64,000 nucleotides of DNA from an uncultured Collinsella sp. (GCA_902490305.1 CABUDI010000004.1:35085-99084); one strand, 5' to 3'; positions 47,473-57,104 are shown, counted from the stretch's first letter. Made by a program: numbers and translations. Notes: a model not told the origin generated them from the sequence alone.

Positions 47473-49774
47473 GCAGACCAGCTCCTTTCAGAGCATCGGT
47501 AAGTGCGGTGCGCGTGTCGTCAGCCATGGGGCACAGCGGCATGCGATAGTTGGCCTCGATCATACCCATCTGGGCGAGCGCTTCCTTAACGGGGATGGGG
47601 TTGACTTCGCTAAAGAGGGCGTTGATGAGCGGCTGGCCGGCAATCTGGATCTCGCGGGCGCGCTCCACGTCACCATCCAGGTAGGCGCGGCACATGTCGT
47701 GCACGAGTTGCGGCTGAACATCGGCCCACACACTGATGGTGCCCGAGGCGCCCAGGCTCATGAGCGGCACGGTGAGGGCGTCCTCGCCCGAGTACATGCG
47801 GAAGTCATCGGACAACAGGTGGGCGATCTTGGCCGCGTAGGCGACGTTGCCCGAGGCTTCCTTAATGCCCATGATGTTGGGGTGCGCGGCCAAGCGCTCG
47901 ACATTGCGCTCGCTGATGCCGCATCCGCAGCGGCCGGGGATGTTGTACAGGATGCAGGGGATGTCCACGGCGTCGGCCACGGTCTTAAAGTGCTGGTAGA
48001 TGCCCTCCTCGTTGGACTTGTTGTAGTAGGGGGTAATGAGCAGCAGACCGTCGGCTCCCAAGCCCTGGTAGGTGAGCGACTTGGTGAACATGGTTTGCGT
48101 GGAGTTGGAGCCCGAGCCGGCGATGACGGGGACGCGTCCTGCAACATGCTTGACCACGGCGGCGACGACGGAGTTGTCCTCGTCATCGGTCATCGTGGCA
48201 CTCTCGCCAGTGGTGCCTAGGGTGAGGATGGCGTCGGTGCCATTTTGCAAGTGGAAATCGATAAGGCGCTCGAGCGCGTCAAAGTCGACGCTGCCGTCCT
48301 TTTTAAACGGCGTGACGAGGGCGACGATTGAACCCTCGAGATTGCGGATGTCCATGTTCTTCTCCTTCGCTTCCGCGATCTGGATGCGTTTGTTCCACTG
48401 AGCGGCGACGGCCAGGCGCTCGTCCTGAGCGCGGTGGCGGGCACTTTCGGCGCGCGACTTGGCCAGCAACTCTCGGCCGCACGGCAGCACGTCGAGCGTG
48501 GCAAAGTAATCGACCGGGCGCTCGGCGCGTCGGATGAGGTCGGCCGAGCCATCGGGGCGCAGCAGGACCTCGGCGGAGCGCAGGCGTCCGTTGTAGTTGT
48601 AGCCCATGGAGTAGCCATGCGCGCCGGTATCGTGGATCACAAGCAGGTCGCCCATGTCGATATGCGGCAGCTCACGATCGATGGCGAACTTGTCGTTGTT
48701 CTCGCACAGATTGCCCGTGATGTCGTAGGTGTCCGTAACGGGCGCTGTGGCCTTGTCGGCGCCGCCCGGCTGACCCATCACCGTAATGTGGTGGTAGGCA
48801 CCATACATGGCAGGGCGGATCAAATCGACGGCGCTTGCGTCGACACCGATATAGTCCTTGTAGATTTGCTTCTCGTGGATGGCCTTGGTGACCAGACAGC
48901 CGTAGGGGCCCATCATAAAGCGGCCCATCTCGGTGTAGATGGCCACATCGCCCATGCCGGCGGGGACCAGGATCTCGTCGTATGCCGCGTGCACTCCCTC
49001 GCCGATGGCGTGGATGTCGTTGGCCTGCTGCTCGGGCAGATAGGGGATGCCGACGCCGCCGGATAGATTGATGAAGGCGACGTGTGCGCCGGTCTCGCGC
49101 TCCAGGCGCACGGCAAGCTCAAAGAGGATGCGCGCGAGCTTGGGGTAGTAGTCGTTGGTGACGGTGTTGCTGGCAAGGAATGCGTGGATGCCAAAGTTCT
49201 CGGCGCCCTTGGCCTTGAGCGTGCGGAAGGCCTCGAAGAGCTGCTCGGTGGTCATGCCGTATTTGGAGTCGCCGGGGTTATCCATGATGCCATTGGAGAG
49301 CTGGAACAGGCCGCCTGGATTAAAGCGGCAGCTGACCGTCTTGGGGATGGGGCCCGCAACACGCTCGAAGAACTCGATGTGGCTGATGTCGTCAAAGTTG
49401 ACGATGGCACCCAGCTTGTCGGCGAGCTCAAAGTCGGCAGCCGGCGTGTCGTTGGACGAGAACATGATGTCGTGTCCGGTGATGCCCAGCGAGCGGGCGA
49501 TCATGAGCTCGGTATAGCTCGAGCAATCGCAGACGCAGCCGTATTCGTTGAGAATGGAGATGAGCGCCGGGTTGGGGTTGGCCTTCACGGCAAAGTATTC
49601 CTTAAAGCCCGGGTTCCATGCAAAGGCGTCGCGCACTTCTTGCATGTTGCGGCGGATGCCCGCCTCGTCGTATAGATGAAACGGCGTGGGGAACTGCTCG
49701 ACGATATGCTCGAGCGTCTCCTTGTCCACAAACGGCTGCTTGGCCGCATATGCCTCGTTGGGGGTCAATGCCAT
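47465..49774 (-). CDS. lysA-dapA: Fused diaminopimelate decarboxylase (LysA) - 4-hydroxy-tetrahydrodipicolinate synthase (DapA)
   Basis: FAVKAN, SKYG, NLSGG, EMGR, GNLCENND, then from Met474 (48355) VALVTPF, LGTTGES, ILYNIPGR, GIKEASG; no stop between the halves. Confidence 0.92.
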   Translation of the reverse strand: MALTPNEAYAAKQPFVDKETLEHIVEQFPTPFHLYDEAGIRRNMQEVRDAFAWNPGFKEYFAVKANPNPALISILNEYGCVCDCSSYTELMIARSLGITGHDIMFSSNDTPAADFELADKLGAIVNFDDISHIEFFERVAGPIPKTVSCRFNPGGLFQLSNGIMDNPGDSKYGMTTEQLFEAFRTLKAKGAENFGIHAFLASNTVTNDYYPKLARILFELAVRLERETGAHVAFINLSGGVGIPYLPEQQANDIHAIGEGVHAAYDEILVPAGMGDVAIYTEMGRFMMGPYGCLVTKAIHEKQIYKDYIGVDASAVDLIRPAMYGAYHHITVMGQPGGADKATAPVTDTYDITGNLCENNDKFAIDRELPHIDMGDLLVIHDTGAHGYSMGYNYNGRLRSAEVLLRPDGSADLIRRAERPVDYFATLDVLPCGRELLAKSRAESARHRAQDERLAVAAQWNKRIQIAEAKEKNMDIRNLEGSIVALVTPFKKDGSVDFDALERLIDFHLQNGTDAILTLGTTGESATMTDDEDNSVVAAVVKHVAGRVPVIAGSGSNSTQTMFTKSLTYQGLGADGLLLITPYYNKSNEEGIYQHFKTVADAVDIPCILYNIPGRCGCGISERNVERLAAHPNIMGIKEASGNVAYAAKIAHLLSDDFRMYSGEDALTVPLMSLGASGTISVWADVQPQLVHDMCRAYLDGDVERAREIQIAGQPLINALFSEVNPIPVKEALAQMGMIEANYRMPLCPMADDTRTALTDALKGAGLLD

Positions 49775-49845
49775 GTCCCGTAAACCTCGCTATCCAGACG
49801 GCGCCATCTGCGCATCGAATCCGCATAGCGTGGACCCAATGTCCG

Positions 49846-50002
49846 GATAGCGCTCCCGCATTGCTGCAGACAGTCCTGCGGGTGTTTCCCGCAGACCCAC
49901 CAGGTTGTTCGTGCCCGAAAAACCCAGTTCGGCGGGTTTCGCCTCCCCACGGGGTCAAAGCCTGCCGGCTCGCCCGCGGCTCTTCGTGCCCGCGCCTCTA
50001 TC
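49846..50002 (-). promoter_or_regulatory. Lysine riboswitch
   Basis: Minus strand reads GATAGAGGCGC...GCCGAA...TGGG...ACTGTC...GGAGCGCTATC, upstream of the lysA operon. Confidence 0.85.
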
Positions 50003-50152
50003 AAGTGGTAAAGACCCTACCACGTTGCACTTTACCAAACAAGAGTATTCGTATATAACGTTTAAAAAATGCAGGGATATGCTGGAAACATGTGCGCCAC
50101 AATCCTGTATCACAATAAGTTGCAACAGATGTGCCTCACGAAGGGATCCTCT

Positions 50153-51340
50153 ATGACCGAGCTCCAAGAACTCCGTCGCTATCGCCGCGATCTCCATCGC
50201 ATTCCGGAGCTCGATTTCGATCTTCCGCAAACCATTGCCTATATCGAGGGCGTGTTGGCACCGCTCACCTGCGAAGTGACCCATCCGTGCCCCAACTGCG
50301 TCTGTGCTTTCTTCGACGCCGGCGTTGATGCCGCGCATGCCACGGCGATTCGCGCCGATATGGATGCGCTGCCCATCGCGGAGGCGACGGGAGCGGCCTT
50401 TGCCTCGACCCATCCCGGCAAGATGCACGCTTGCGGACATGACGGACATATGGCCATGGCGCTTGCCGCCGCGACGTATGTCGACCGTACGATTCGCGAA
50501 CAGCCGGGCGCCATTAGGCGCAACGTTCTCTTTGTGTTCCAGCCGGCCGAGGAAACGACCGGTGGTGCCAAGACGGTATGCGAGAGTGGTGTGTTCGAGC
50601 GCTATGGGGCCGACCGCATTTTTGGCTTCCATGTGTGGCCCGATCTGCCTGCCGGCACGTTGGCGAGTTGTTCCGGTCCGCTGCTGGCGCGTTCGAGCGA
50701 GACGCATATCCATATTCACGGTACGAGCATCCACATCGCTAAGACCTATGGTGTGCCGGTTGGGGAGTCGCACGATGCCGCGTTGGCGGCAGCGAAGTTT
50801 TTGGTTGCCGAGCGCGAGCTGATGGACGAGCTGGGCACCGACGAGCCCTGTATCGGTAAGTTTGGTCTGCTGCAGGCAGGCACCGTCTGCAACGCGGTGG
50901 CGGGGGAGGCCCATGTCGCCGGTAGCCTGCGCGTGTTTACGGACGATATGTTCGACCGCGCGCGCGAGGGCGTGCGCCGTGTGCTTGACGAGGCATGCAC
51001 CGCAACGGGCTGCACGTACGATCTCGACTTTGCCGAGGGTTATCCGCCGGTCGATAACGACCCCGAGCTGTTCGCCCACATTGCTCCGGCCTTGCCCGAG
51101 CTGCAGCTTGTGGACGAGCCGCTGTTGATTGCCGAGGACTTCGCCTTCTACCAGCGCCATCTACCGGGTGTGTTCTTCTTGCTGGGCACGGGCGTGCCGG
51201 AGGGTCAAGAAAACCCGAGCGATTCGGACGGCTGTTCCGCCTATGCCACAAGCGCCCTGCATACTGATACTATGCTCTTTGACGAGGAAATCCTGCTCAA
51301 AGGCCTCGATGTTTACAAACGACTGCTTTTGCTTGCTTAA
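50153..51340 (+). CDS. M20D amidohydrolase, probable N-acetyl-diaminopimelate deacetylase
   Basis: RRDLHRIPEL, IRADMDALP, MHACGHDGH, FQPAEE, AEDF; divergent from the dap operon. Confidence 0.85.
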   Translation: MTELQELRRYRRDLHRIPELDFDLPQTIAYIEGVLAPLTCEVTHPCPNCVCAFFDAGVDAAHATAIRADMDALPIAEATGAAFASTHPGKMHACGHDGHMAMALAAATYVDRTIREQPGAIRRNVLFVFQPAEETTGGAKTVCESGVFERYGADRIFGFHVWPDLPAGTLASCSGPLLARSSETHIHIHGTSIHIAKTYGVPVGESHDAALAAAKFLVAERELMDELGTDEPCIGKFGLLQAGTVCNAVAGEAHVAGSLRVFTDDMFDRAREGVRRVLDEACTATGCTYDLDFAEGYPPVDNDPELFAHIAPALPELQLVDEPLLIAEDFAFYQRHLPGVFFLLGTGVPEGQENPSDSDGCSAYATSALHTDTMLFDEEILLKGLDVYKRLLLLA

Positions 51341-51369
51341 GTGTCGAAGGATACCTGTTCTAGAAAACA

Positions 51370-51439
51370 CGAACAGATGTACGCTATAATAGAGATGTAA
51401 GTCTATAGAAACGTTTGACGTTATTAACGTAAGGCGATA
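51370..51439 (+). promoter_or_regulatory. LexA-like box, TATAAT and two HigA-type operators
   Basis: CGAAC-AGAT-GTACG 51370-51383, TATAAT 51385; AACG-TTTGA-CGTT and TAACG-TAAGG-CGATA palindromes. Confidence 0.55.
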
Positions 51440-51441
51440 CT

Positions 51442-51522
51442 ATGATTGTATCTTATCGGGTCTGCTTTGAGTGGAGACAGGGGATGGCTTGGAATGTCGA
51501 AATCGTCGATTACCACAAATGA
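51442..51522 (+). pseudogene. higB: Deleted HigB (killer protein) toxin remnant: MIVSYRVCFEWRQGMAWNVEIVDYHK
   Basis: YRVCFEW..G.A.NVEIVDYH is the characteristic HigB C-terminus, overlapping the higA start; most of the gene is missing. Confidence 0.8.
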
Positions 51523-51835
51523 AGAGGCTGCGACTGATTTGCTGTCGCCGGTGACTCCTGGTGAGCTTCTCAAAGAGGAGTTTCTTGTTCCCATGGGCAT
51601 TTCTCAATATCGCCTTGCGAAGGAGACCGGGATTCCGGCTCAGCGTATCGGGCAGATTGTCTTGGGAAGACGCCGTGTGACGGCTGACACGGACCTTCGT
51701 CTTTGCCGTTACTTTGGTCTGACGGATGGTTATTGGCTTCGCGCGCAGATGGCGTTTGATCTCGAGGCCGAGAAAAGGCGGATTAAACCTGAGCTCGACA
51801 AGATTGTTCCTGTCCAGCAGGCCATCGCATTGTAG
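51494..51835 (+). CDS. higA: HigA family antitoxin
   Basis: PGELLKEEFLVPMGISQYRLA, RRVTADTDLRLCRYFG...YWLRAQ. Confidence 0.92.
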   Translation: MSKSSITTNEEAATDLLSPVTPGELLKEEFLVPMGISQYRLAKETGIPAQRIGQIVLGRRRVTADTDLRLCRYFGLTDGYWLRAQMAFDLEAEKRRIKPELDKIVPVQQAIAL

Positions 51836-51864
51836 GGCCCAAAGACGCTGAGAATGGAGTGACG

Positions 51865-52188
51865 ATGAAGCGACGTCGGCAATCTGTTGTATATAGTCCG
51901 GGTGGTTGCGGGTGCGGTTTGTTACTGCTCCCGGTTGTTGTGCTGAGCATTGGCATGATGTTTGCACTTGCCGGATTGGCTGCGGCGGCGCTCGTGTTGC
52001 TGATTGTCGCCATTGGCGCGACGATCTGGCTCTATCGTTGTCGCGAACAACGCCGCGCCGACGGCAAAACCAATGTGGGATGGATTGTCTTTTTGGCTAT
52101 CGCATGCCCGCTGAGCGTTAGCTACCTTATGTTCTTTGTCCTGTTGATGATCAGCGCCTTTACCGGGGAATCCGTCACAGTGGGTTGA
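51865..52188 (+). CDS. Small hypothetical membrane protein
   Basis: 2-3 hydrophobic segments; GGAG RBS. Confidence 0.7.
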   Translation: MKRRRQSVVYSPGGCGCGLLLLPVVVLSIGMMFALAGLAAAALVLLIVAIGATIWLYRCREQRRADGKTNVGWIVFLAIACPLSVSYLMFFVLLMISAFTGESVTVG

Positions 52189-52350
52189 TCCTGCCTGCTG
52201 ACGGTCGCGTAAAGAGCGTTTGCTCGGCGCTTGGACAACTGCATTGACCGTTTACCGTAGCCTTAGCTCTGAGCTATTGAATTCAAGTTCAATCCTTTCT
52301 ACGATGTGCTGTGTGCCGGCACGGTAGCCGGATCGTAGGAAGGATGAATA

Positions 52351-52893
52351 ATGAAAAAGCTCGAAAATGAAGTGCTGCTGAGCCGTCGCGCCGCGCTTGG
52401 CGCATTCGCGACCGTTGTCCTGGGTGTTTCCGGTCTCCTGACTGGCTGTGGCAATGACAAGGCGACGGTCACCGAGGATGCTGGCGATAGCGATAAGAAG
52501 GAAGAGCCGAAAAAAGAAGAGCAGCCCACGACTGACCTGGCTGTTGGCACAACCGTGACCACGGCCGCCGGCCTTTCCGTTGTCGTCGATTCCGTCCAGA
52601 CAGGTCTTACCAATTATGACGGCTCGACTATGACGGGCATTCACGTCACGTACGTCAACAACGGCGATGAGGGCGCGGATTACAATGTCTACGACTGGAA
52701 GGGCGAGGACGCCAACGGTGCTCAGCAGAATCAGGGCTACTACAGCGAAGGCTCTGAAGAGCTGCAGTCGGGCACCCTTGCAGCCGGCGGTACTGTTGCG
52801 GGCAATATCTATTTTGACGGCGACATCAAAAAGGCTTTGTACTTTGCCAACATGTTTGATAAGTCTGCCACCGCAAGCTGGGTGTTGGCCTAG
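52351..52893 (+). CDS. DUF4352-like lipoprotein
   Basis: SRRAALG signal, lipobox LTGC, LQSGTLAAGGTVAGNIYF. Confidence 0.75.
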   Translation: MKKLENEVLLSRRAALGAFATVVLGVSGLLTGCGNDKATVTEDAGDSDKKEEPKKEEQPTTDLAVGTTVTTAAGLSVVVDSVQTGLTNYDGSTMTGIHVTYVNNGDEGADYNVYDWKGEDANGAQQNQGYYSEGSEELQSGTLAAGGTVAGNIYFDGDIKKALYFANMFDKSATASWVLA

Positions 52894-52932
52894 TATGTCG
52901 CTGCCGTTGCGTCGCATAGGGGGTGAAGCCGT

Positions 52933-53355
52933 ATGCCCGATAAGAAGTTGACGGAGGAACTGCTCAATGAGTTGCTCGATGCGCCGAGTATCGACGGCTA
53001 TATCAGGGAGCACGACTTTGCCGCCCCGTCGCTTTCGGACTACCTTAAGCAACTGCTGCAGGAAAAGGGCTTGGAGCGCTCGCGCGTGGTGCGTATGGCC
53101 GACCTCAACGAAACGTTTGGCTATCAGATCTTTACCGGCACGCGCCATCCGAGCCGAAACAAGGTGCTGCAGATTGCATTTGCGATGGCACTATCGATGA
53201 AGGAGACAAACCGCGCACTTGCGGCTGCCGGGGCAAACGTCCTCAACTGCAAGGACCGTCGCGATGCGATTATCATCTTTTGCATCGATCGTGGCTGCAG
53301 CCTGCAAAAGGTCAATGAGGAGCTGTATCGCTTTGGCGAGGAGACGGTGAGTTAA
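52933..53355 (+). CDS. XRE-like helix-turn-helix protein
   Basis: LSDYLKQLLQEKGL, YQIFTGTRHPSRNKVLQIAFAM.LSMKETNRALAAAG, RRDAIIIFCI. Confidence 0.8.
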   Translation: MPDKKLTEELLNELLDAPSIDGYIREHDFAAPSLSDYLKQLLQEKGLERSRVVRMADLNETFGYQIFTGTRHPSRNKVLQIAFAMALSMKETNRALAAAGANVLNCKDRRDAIIIFCIDRGCSLQKVNEELYRFGEETVS

Positions 53356-53450
53356 CGGCTGACTGTTGGTGGCAGGACCGTCCGCTATATTTCAAACGTG
53401 CAGGGCACGGGTGCTACAGGGCGTCCGTGCCCTGCGCTATGATGGACGCT

Positions 53451-54842
53451 ATGGATACTCAGAACCCAACATATTCCGATGATGAGCTGACCGCCGCGCT
53501 CGCCGAGCACCTGGCGTCGTTTGACCGCGATGACAGCTATCGCGTGGAACGTGTACTGAAGCGCTCGGACGTTGAGGCAACCGAGCTTGTGTGCTTTGAG
53601 GGTTCTGGTGGAGGATCGCTCGGCCCCTTTGTCCGTAAACGCATCGATGCTTCTGCCCAGATTGGCGGGGCATATGAGCGCCTATTTTCGGCCCAGCGTG
53701 CCGGACGGCGTTTTGAGCACCTGCCTAGGATTGTCGATTGCCGCCGTGCGGGCGACGAACTTGACGTGGTGATGGAATACATTGAAGGCGAGACGCTCGA
53801 GGCCTTGGTGGGGCGCTTGGGTGCGACGCCCGATTATGCGCGCGGGTTGTTTCCGGCCCTGTGTGATGCGGTGGCAGAGCTCCATGCTTGATTTGGCGAG
53901 GTGGGAAAAGCGCCGGCTCCGATTATCCATCGCGACCTTAAACCTTCGAACATCATCGTGTCGGGTGTGAGATATGCCGCCGATGCCGGCATGACCTTCT
54001 CGTCGCTGGTGATTATTGACCTGGGAATCGCGCGCGCTTGGCGCGAAGGCGCCGATGCCGATACCGCCAAGTTTGGCACACGGCCCTACGCGCCGCCCGA
54101 GCAGTATGGGTTTGGGCAGACGAGTGTGCGAAGTGATGTGTATGCGCTGGGCGCCCTGCTGTTCTTCTGCTTGACAGGAGTCGATCCAAAACCGGGGATC
54201 GACATGCGCGAACAATGCGAGATGCGCGGCATTCCCGCTTCCCTGACCGATGTCATTTGCATGGCGATGGCTCTCGACCCGGCCAAGCGTTTTGCGAGCG
54301 CGGGGGCATTGGGACGGGCGACGCGCGCGGCATACGACCTGAGTTGCCCTGTGCGGCCTCCTGCGCCTGTGCCTGTGCCTGTGCCTGACTGTGCCCCGGC
54401 GTCAGAGACGGTATTAACGTCTCAAGAGCCCCGGGGTTCCACAGACCTTCCTAAGCTTGCCACCCCTGCTATGCCCGGCCTGCTTTCTCGCATTCCGGAA
54501 CCTCTGGGGCGCATTTGGAATACGCTTGTCTGCCTCTCGCTGCTTGTATTCTTTGCCGGAAGCCACTTTGCCGTCTTTCACCCCACGGGAGCAAACCAAG
54601 GCTACCCGACGTGGCTTCTTATGATCGAGTACTTTTTCTTTGTCGATGGCCTTATGGTGCTTATGCATTTTGCGCTGCTCGATAAGCGCCGTCTTCGTCG
54701 GCGATTCGCACTGCTCGACAGCTATCGCGGCAAGAAACTCGCGAAACTCTGGCTCAAGGCATTGGGTGTGCTGCTCCTATGCATGATCGTCATAGTCGCG
54801 GTTGCCAATGCGACTGGCGTCGTCGATACCTCCGCTACCTAA
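53451..54842 (+). pseudogene. Hanks-type Ser/Thr protein kinase with C-terminal TM domain, interrupted by an in-frame TGA at 53889-53891
   Basis: VMEYIEGETL..LCDAVAELHA*FGEVGKAPAPIIHRDLKPSNI, IDLGIAR, GTRPYAPPEQYG; both ORFs are in the same frame. Confidence 0.85.
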
Positions 54843-54879
54843 AAGAAAAGGACCCCATTGGGGCCCTTTGCAGTTGCGC

Positions 54880-56013
54880 TTAGATGCGGTTCATCTGAGC
54901 GGCGACTTTGTTGTACCAGTCCTGCCACGTGGGCGGGCAGTACTTTTTGGCCGCTGCCGGGGTAAGGGTGGAGCCGTAGTTGGCGCCCAGATAGGCAACG
55001 TGAGCGGAGATGCCCTCGCTCCAGCTGCCAAAGCTGCGCCAACCGCCGCCACGGGCACTCCAGCCCCAGGCGTTGTAGGAATTGGCGCAATAAGCACCCT
55101 TGGTGCTCTCGATGCAGGCGATGGCGGGGGACCAACGGGGGTCGACACCGGTATTCCAAGCGGCAACGGCAAAGTTATAGCCCTGGCCTGCCATGGGGGA
55201 CCCGGCAAGATAATTATCGATGCGGCTCGTCCACTCATTAATGAACGAATCGTAATCGGAATTACCGGTATTGGCGTTGTTCACCGTGGTGTCGATGGTG
55301 GTGTTGGTGTTGGTGGCCTGACTGCTGGAATTGCTGCCGCTTACGCCCTCGCCCGAGAGCTTCTCGGCGGCAGCGGCCTTATCGGCCTCAAGCTTGGCGA
55401 GCTCGGCGGCATTTTCCTGCTCGGCTTTTGCCTGCGCCTCGCTGCGGAGCTGCTGGGCCTGCGCCAGCGAATCCTCGGCGTTTTTCTGTTCTGCCTCAAG
55501 CTGGGACTTGGCCTGCTGGAGCTCGGCCTTGTTCTGCTCGAGTTCGGTTTGCATGTTGTTGAGCTCTTCGATCTCATCGACGCTCGAGCTCGTGATCTGG
55601 TTGGTGTATTTGCAGGTGGTGATGAACTCACCCAGGCTCTGCGCGTTGACCAGGAAGCTCACGATGGGATTGGTGCCCTTCTGGTACTTGTACAGATCGC
55701 GCATGGCGGAGCTTGCCTTGGCCTGCTGCTCGGGAAGCTTGGCCTCGATTTCCTCGATGCTCGCCTCATTGGAGTCGATCTGCTTTTGCAGGTCGTCGAG
55801 TTTGGTGCGGGCATCGTTGTAGGCGCTCGTGGCGGCTTCGATTTTTTGCTGCGCGGCGGAAAGCTGATCCTGCGTTGCCTGCGAGGCGGCATATGCCGCA
55901 ACGGGGGAGAGCATCGGCGTGGCAGTCAGTGCGACAGCGAGTGCGGCGCTCGTGATGATACGAGCTGGCTTCGACGCGATGAGCGCTGCGACGCGATGAT
56001 TCGAATGCTGCAT
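54880..56013 (-). CDS. Secreted coiled-coil (PcsB-like) protein with lysozyme-like C-terminal domain
   Basis: Signal peptide ending AYA, long coiled coil, GVDPRWSPAIACIESTKG..YNAWGW. Confidence 0.8.
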   Translation of the reverse strand: MQHSNHRVAALIASKPARIITSAALAVALTATPMLSPVAAYAASQATQDQLSAAQQKIEAATSAYNDARTKLDDLQKQIDSNEASIEEIEAKLPEQQAKASSAMRDLYKYQKGTNPIVSFLVNAQSLGEFITTCKYTNQITSSSVDEIEELNNMQTELEQNKAELQQAKSQLEAEQKNAEDSLAQAQQLRSEAQAKAEQENAAELAKLEADKAAAAEKLSGEGVSGSNSSSQATNTNTTIDTTVNNANTGNSDYDSFINEWTSRIDNYLAGSPMAGQGYNFAVAAWNTGVDPRWSPAIACIESTKGAYCANSYNAWGWSARGGGWRSFGSWSEGISAHVAYLGANYGSTLTPAAAKKYCPPTWQDWYNKVAAQMNRI

Positions 56014-56075
56014 CCAATCCCTCTGCAATCAATCGTAGGTTATGGTTCGAACGGTATTCTACTACTGCTTTCGAC

Positions 56076-56180
56076 CTCAACTTGAACCTTAAAGGTTCCA
56101 AAGGGTCAAGTTAAACTTGAGGCTTTGGCTTTGACCTGCAGTTATAGTGAATTGTTGAGAAACCATAGAGTTCAACTTTA
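56076..56180. promoter_or_regulatory. Cluster of palindromic operator-like sites
   Basis: GAACCTT-A-AAGGTTC (56084-56098), TCAAGTT-A-AACTTGA (56106-56120), TAGAGTT-C-AACTTTA (56166-56180). Confidence 0.5.
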
Positions 56181-56247
56181 ACGTTACGGAACTCGGTCTG
56201 ATCGCAGATTCACGCCTTAAGGGCTACTCCAACATGGGGTTTTGCAC

Positions 56248-56880
56248 CTATAGGGTTCCCTCGCGGCGAGCCTGCTCAATTTCTTCGAGCGCCTCGGCTG
56301 GGGTGAAAGAACATGCGCCGTTGCCGAGCTTGACTGTCTGGATATCGTCTCCGACATGCACCTCTCCGCCTCGAAGCACCACACCGAAAATGCCCTCGTG
56401 GGGAAAGATGCAGTCGCCGGCGAGATGGTAGATAGCGCAGCGGGTGTGGCAGACTTTGCCGATCTGGCTGATCTCGACCAGAACGTCGTTGCCGATCTTG
56501 AGCTGTGTGCCCAGGGGGAGCGAAAGCAGGTTGATACCTTGTGTGGTGAAGTTCTCCCCAAAGTCGCCTTCGTGCACATCGAGCCCGCGATGCTGGGCAG
56601 TCTGGATTGATTCTGCGGCCAAAAACGAGACTTGGCGGTGCCAGTGCCCGGCGTGTGCATCGGAAGCGAGGCCAAACTGCTCAATGACGGTGTCGTGCCC
56701 ATCGGAGACGGGTGACTTGCGTGTGCCTTTGTGCGCCGACGTGTTAATCGAAACGATGCGGGCGGGTGCTTCGTAGGCGTTGCTGGCGGTGCGTAGGGGA
56801 GCGATCGTCTGAGAACGTTCCGCTAGCTCGCGTTTTGCGGCGTCAAGGATGGGGTTGTCGGTCAGATGTTCTTGGGGCAC
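56248..56880 (-). CDS. MOSC domain protein
   Basis: DAHAGHWHRQVS, GDFGENFTTQG, ISQIGKVCH..C, CIFPHEGIF. Confidence 0.88.
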   Translation of the reverse strand: MPQEHLTDNPILDAAKRELAERSQTIAPLRTASNAYEAPARIVSINTSAHKGTRKSPVSDGHDTVIEQFGLASDAHAGHWHRQVSFLAAESIQTAQHRGLDVHEGDFGENFTTQGINLLSLPLGTQLKIGNDVLVEISQIGKVCHTRCAIYHLAGDCIFPHEGIFGVVLRGGEVHVGDDIQTVKLGNGACSFTPAEALEEIEQARREGTL

Positions 56881-57104
56881 GTGTGCGCCTTTCGCTTATG
56901 AGATTGACAATATGTTGAATCCTACAACAACGGTAGGTTCATTGCCCGTTGTCGTACAGCGGTGAGCGCCGTCTTTGCTCGAGTCTGATTCTCCGATTGC
57001 CATAGATACGGTGGAACTTTGGGCACTGGCGGTTTGGCACGCTAAAATAAATCGGTTGCACTAAGACCGCCCGTTGCGCGGGCAGTTCATGATAGGAAGT
57101 TTCC

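Noticed and set aside
53889..53891. TGA as selenocysteine or programmed readthrough
   Set aside because: Non-catalytic loop position in a kinase and no evidence for a SECIS; a nonsense change or sequencing error is simpler
54360..54390. CCTGTG hexamer tandem repeat as a phase-variation tract
   Set aside because: In-frame Pro-Val linker; unit changes would not shift the frame
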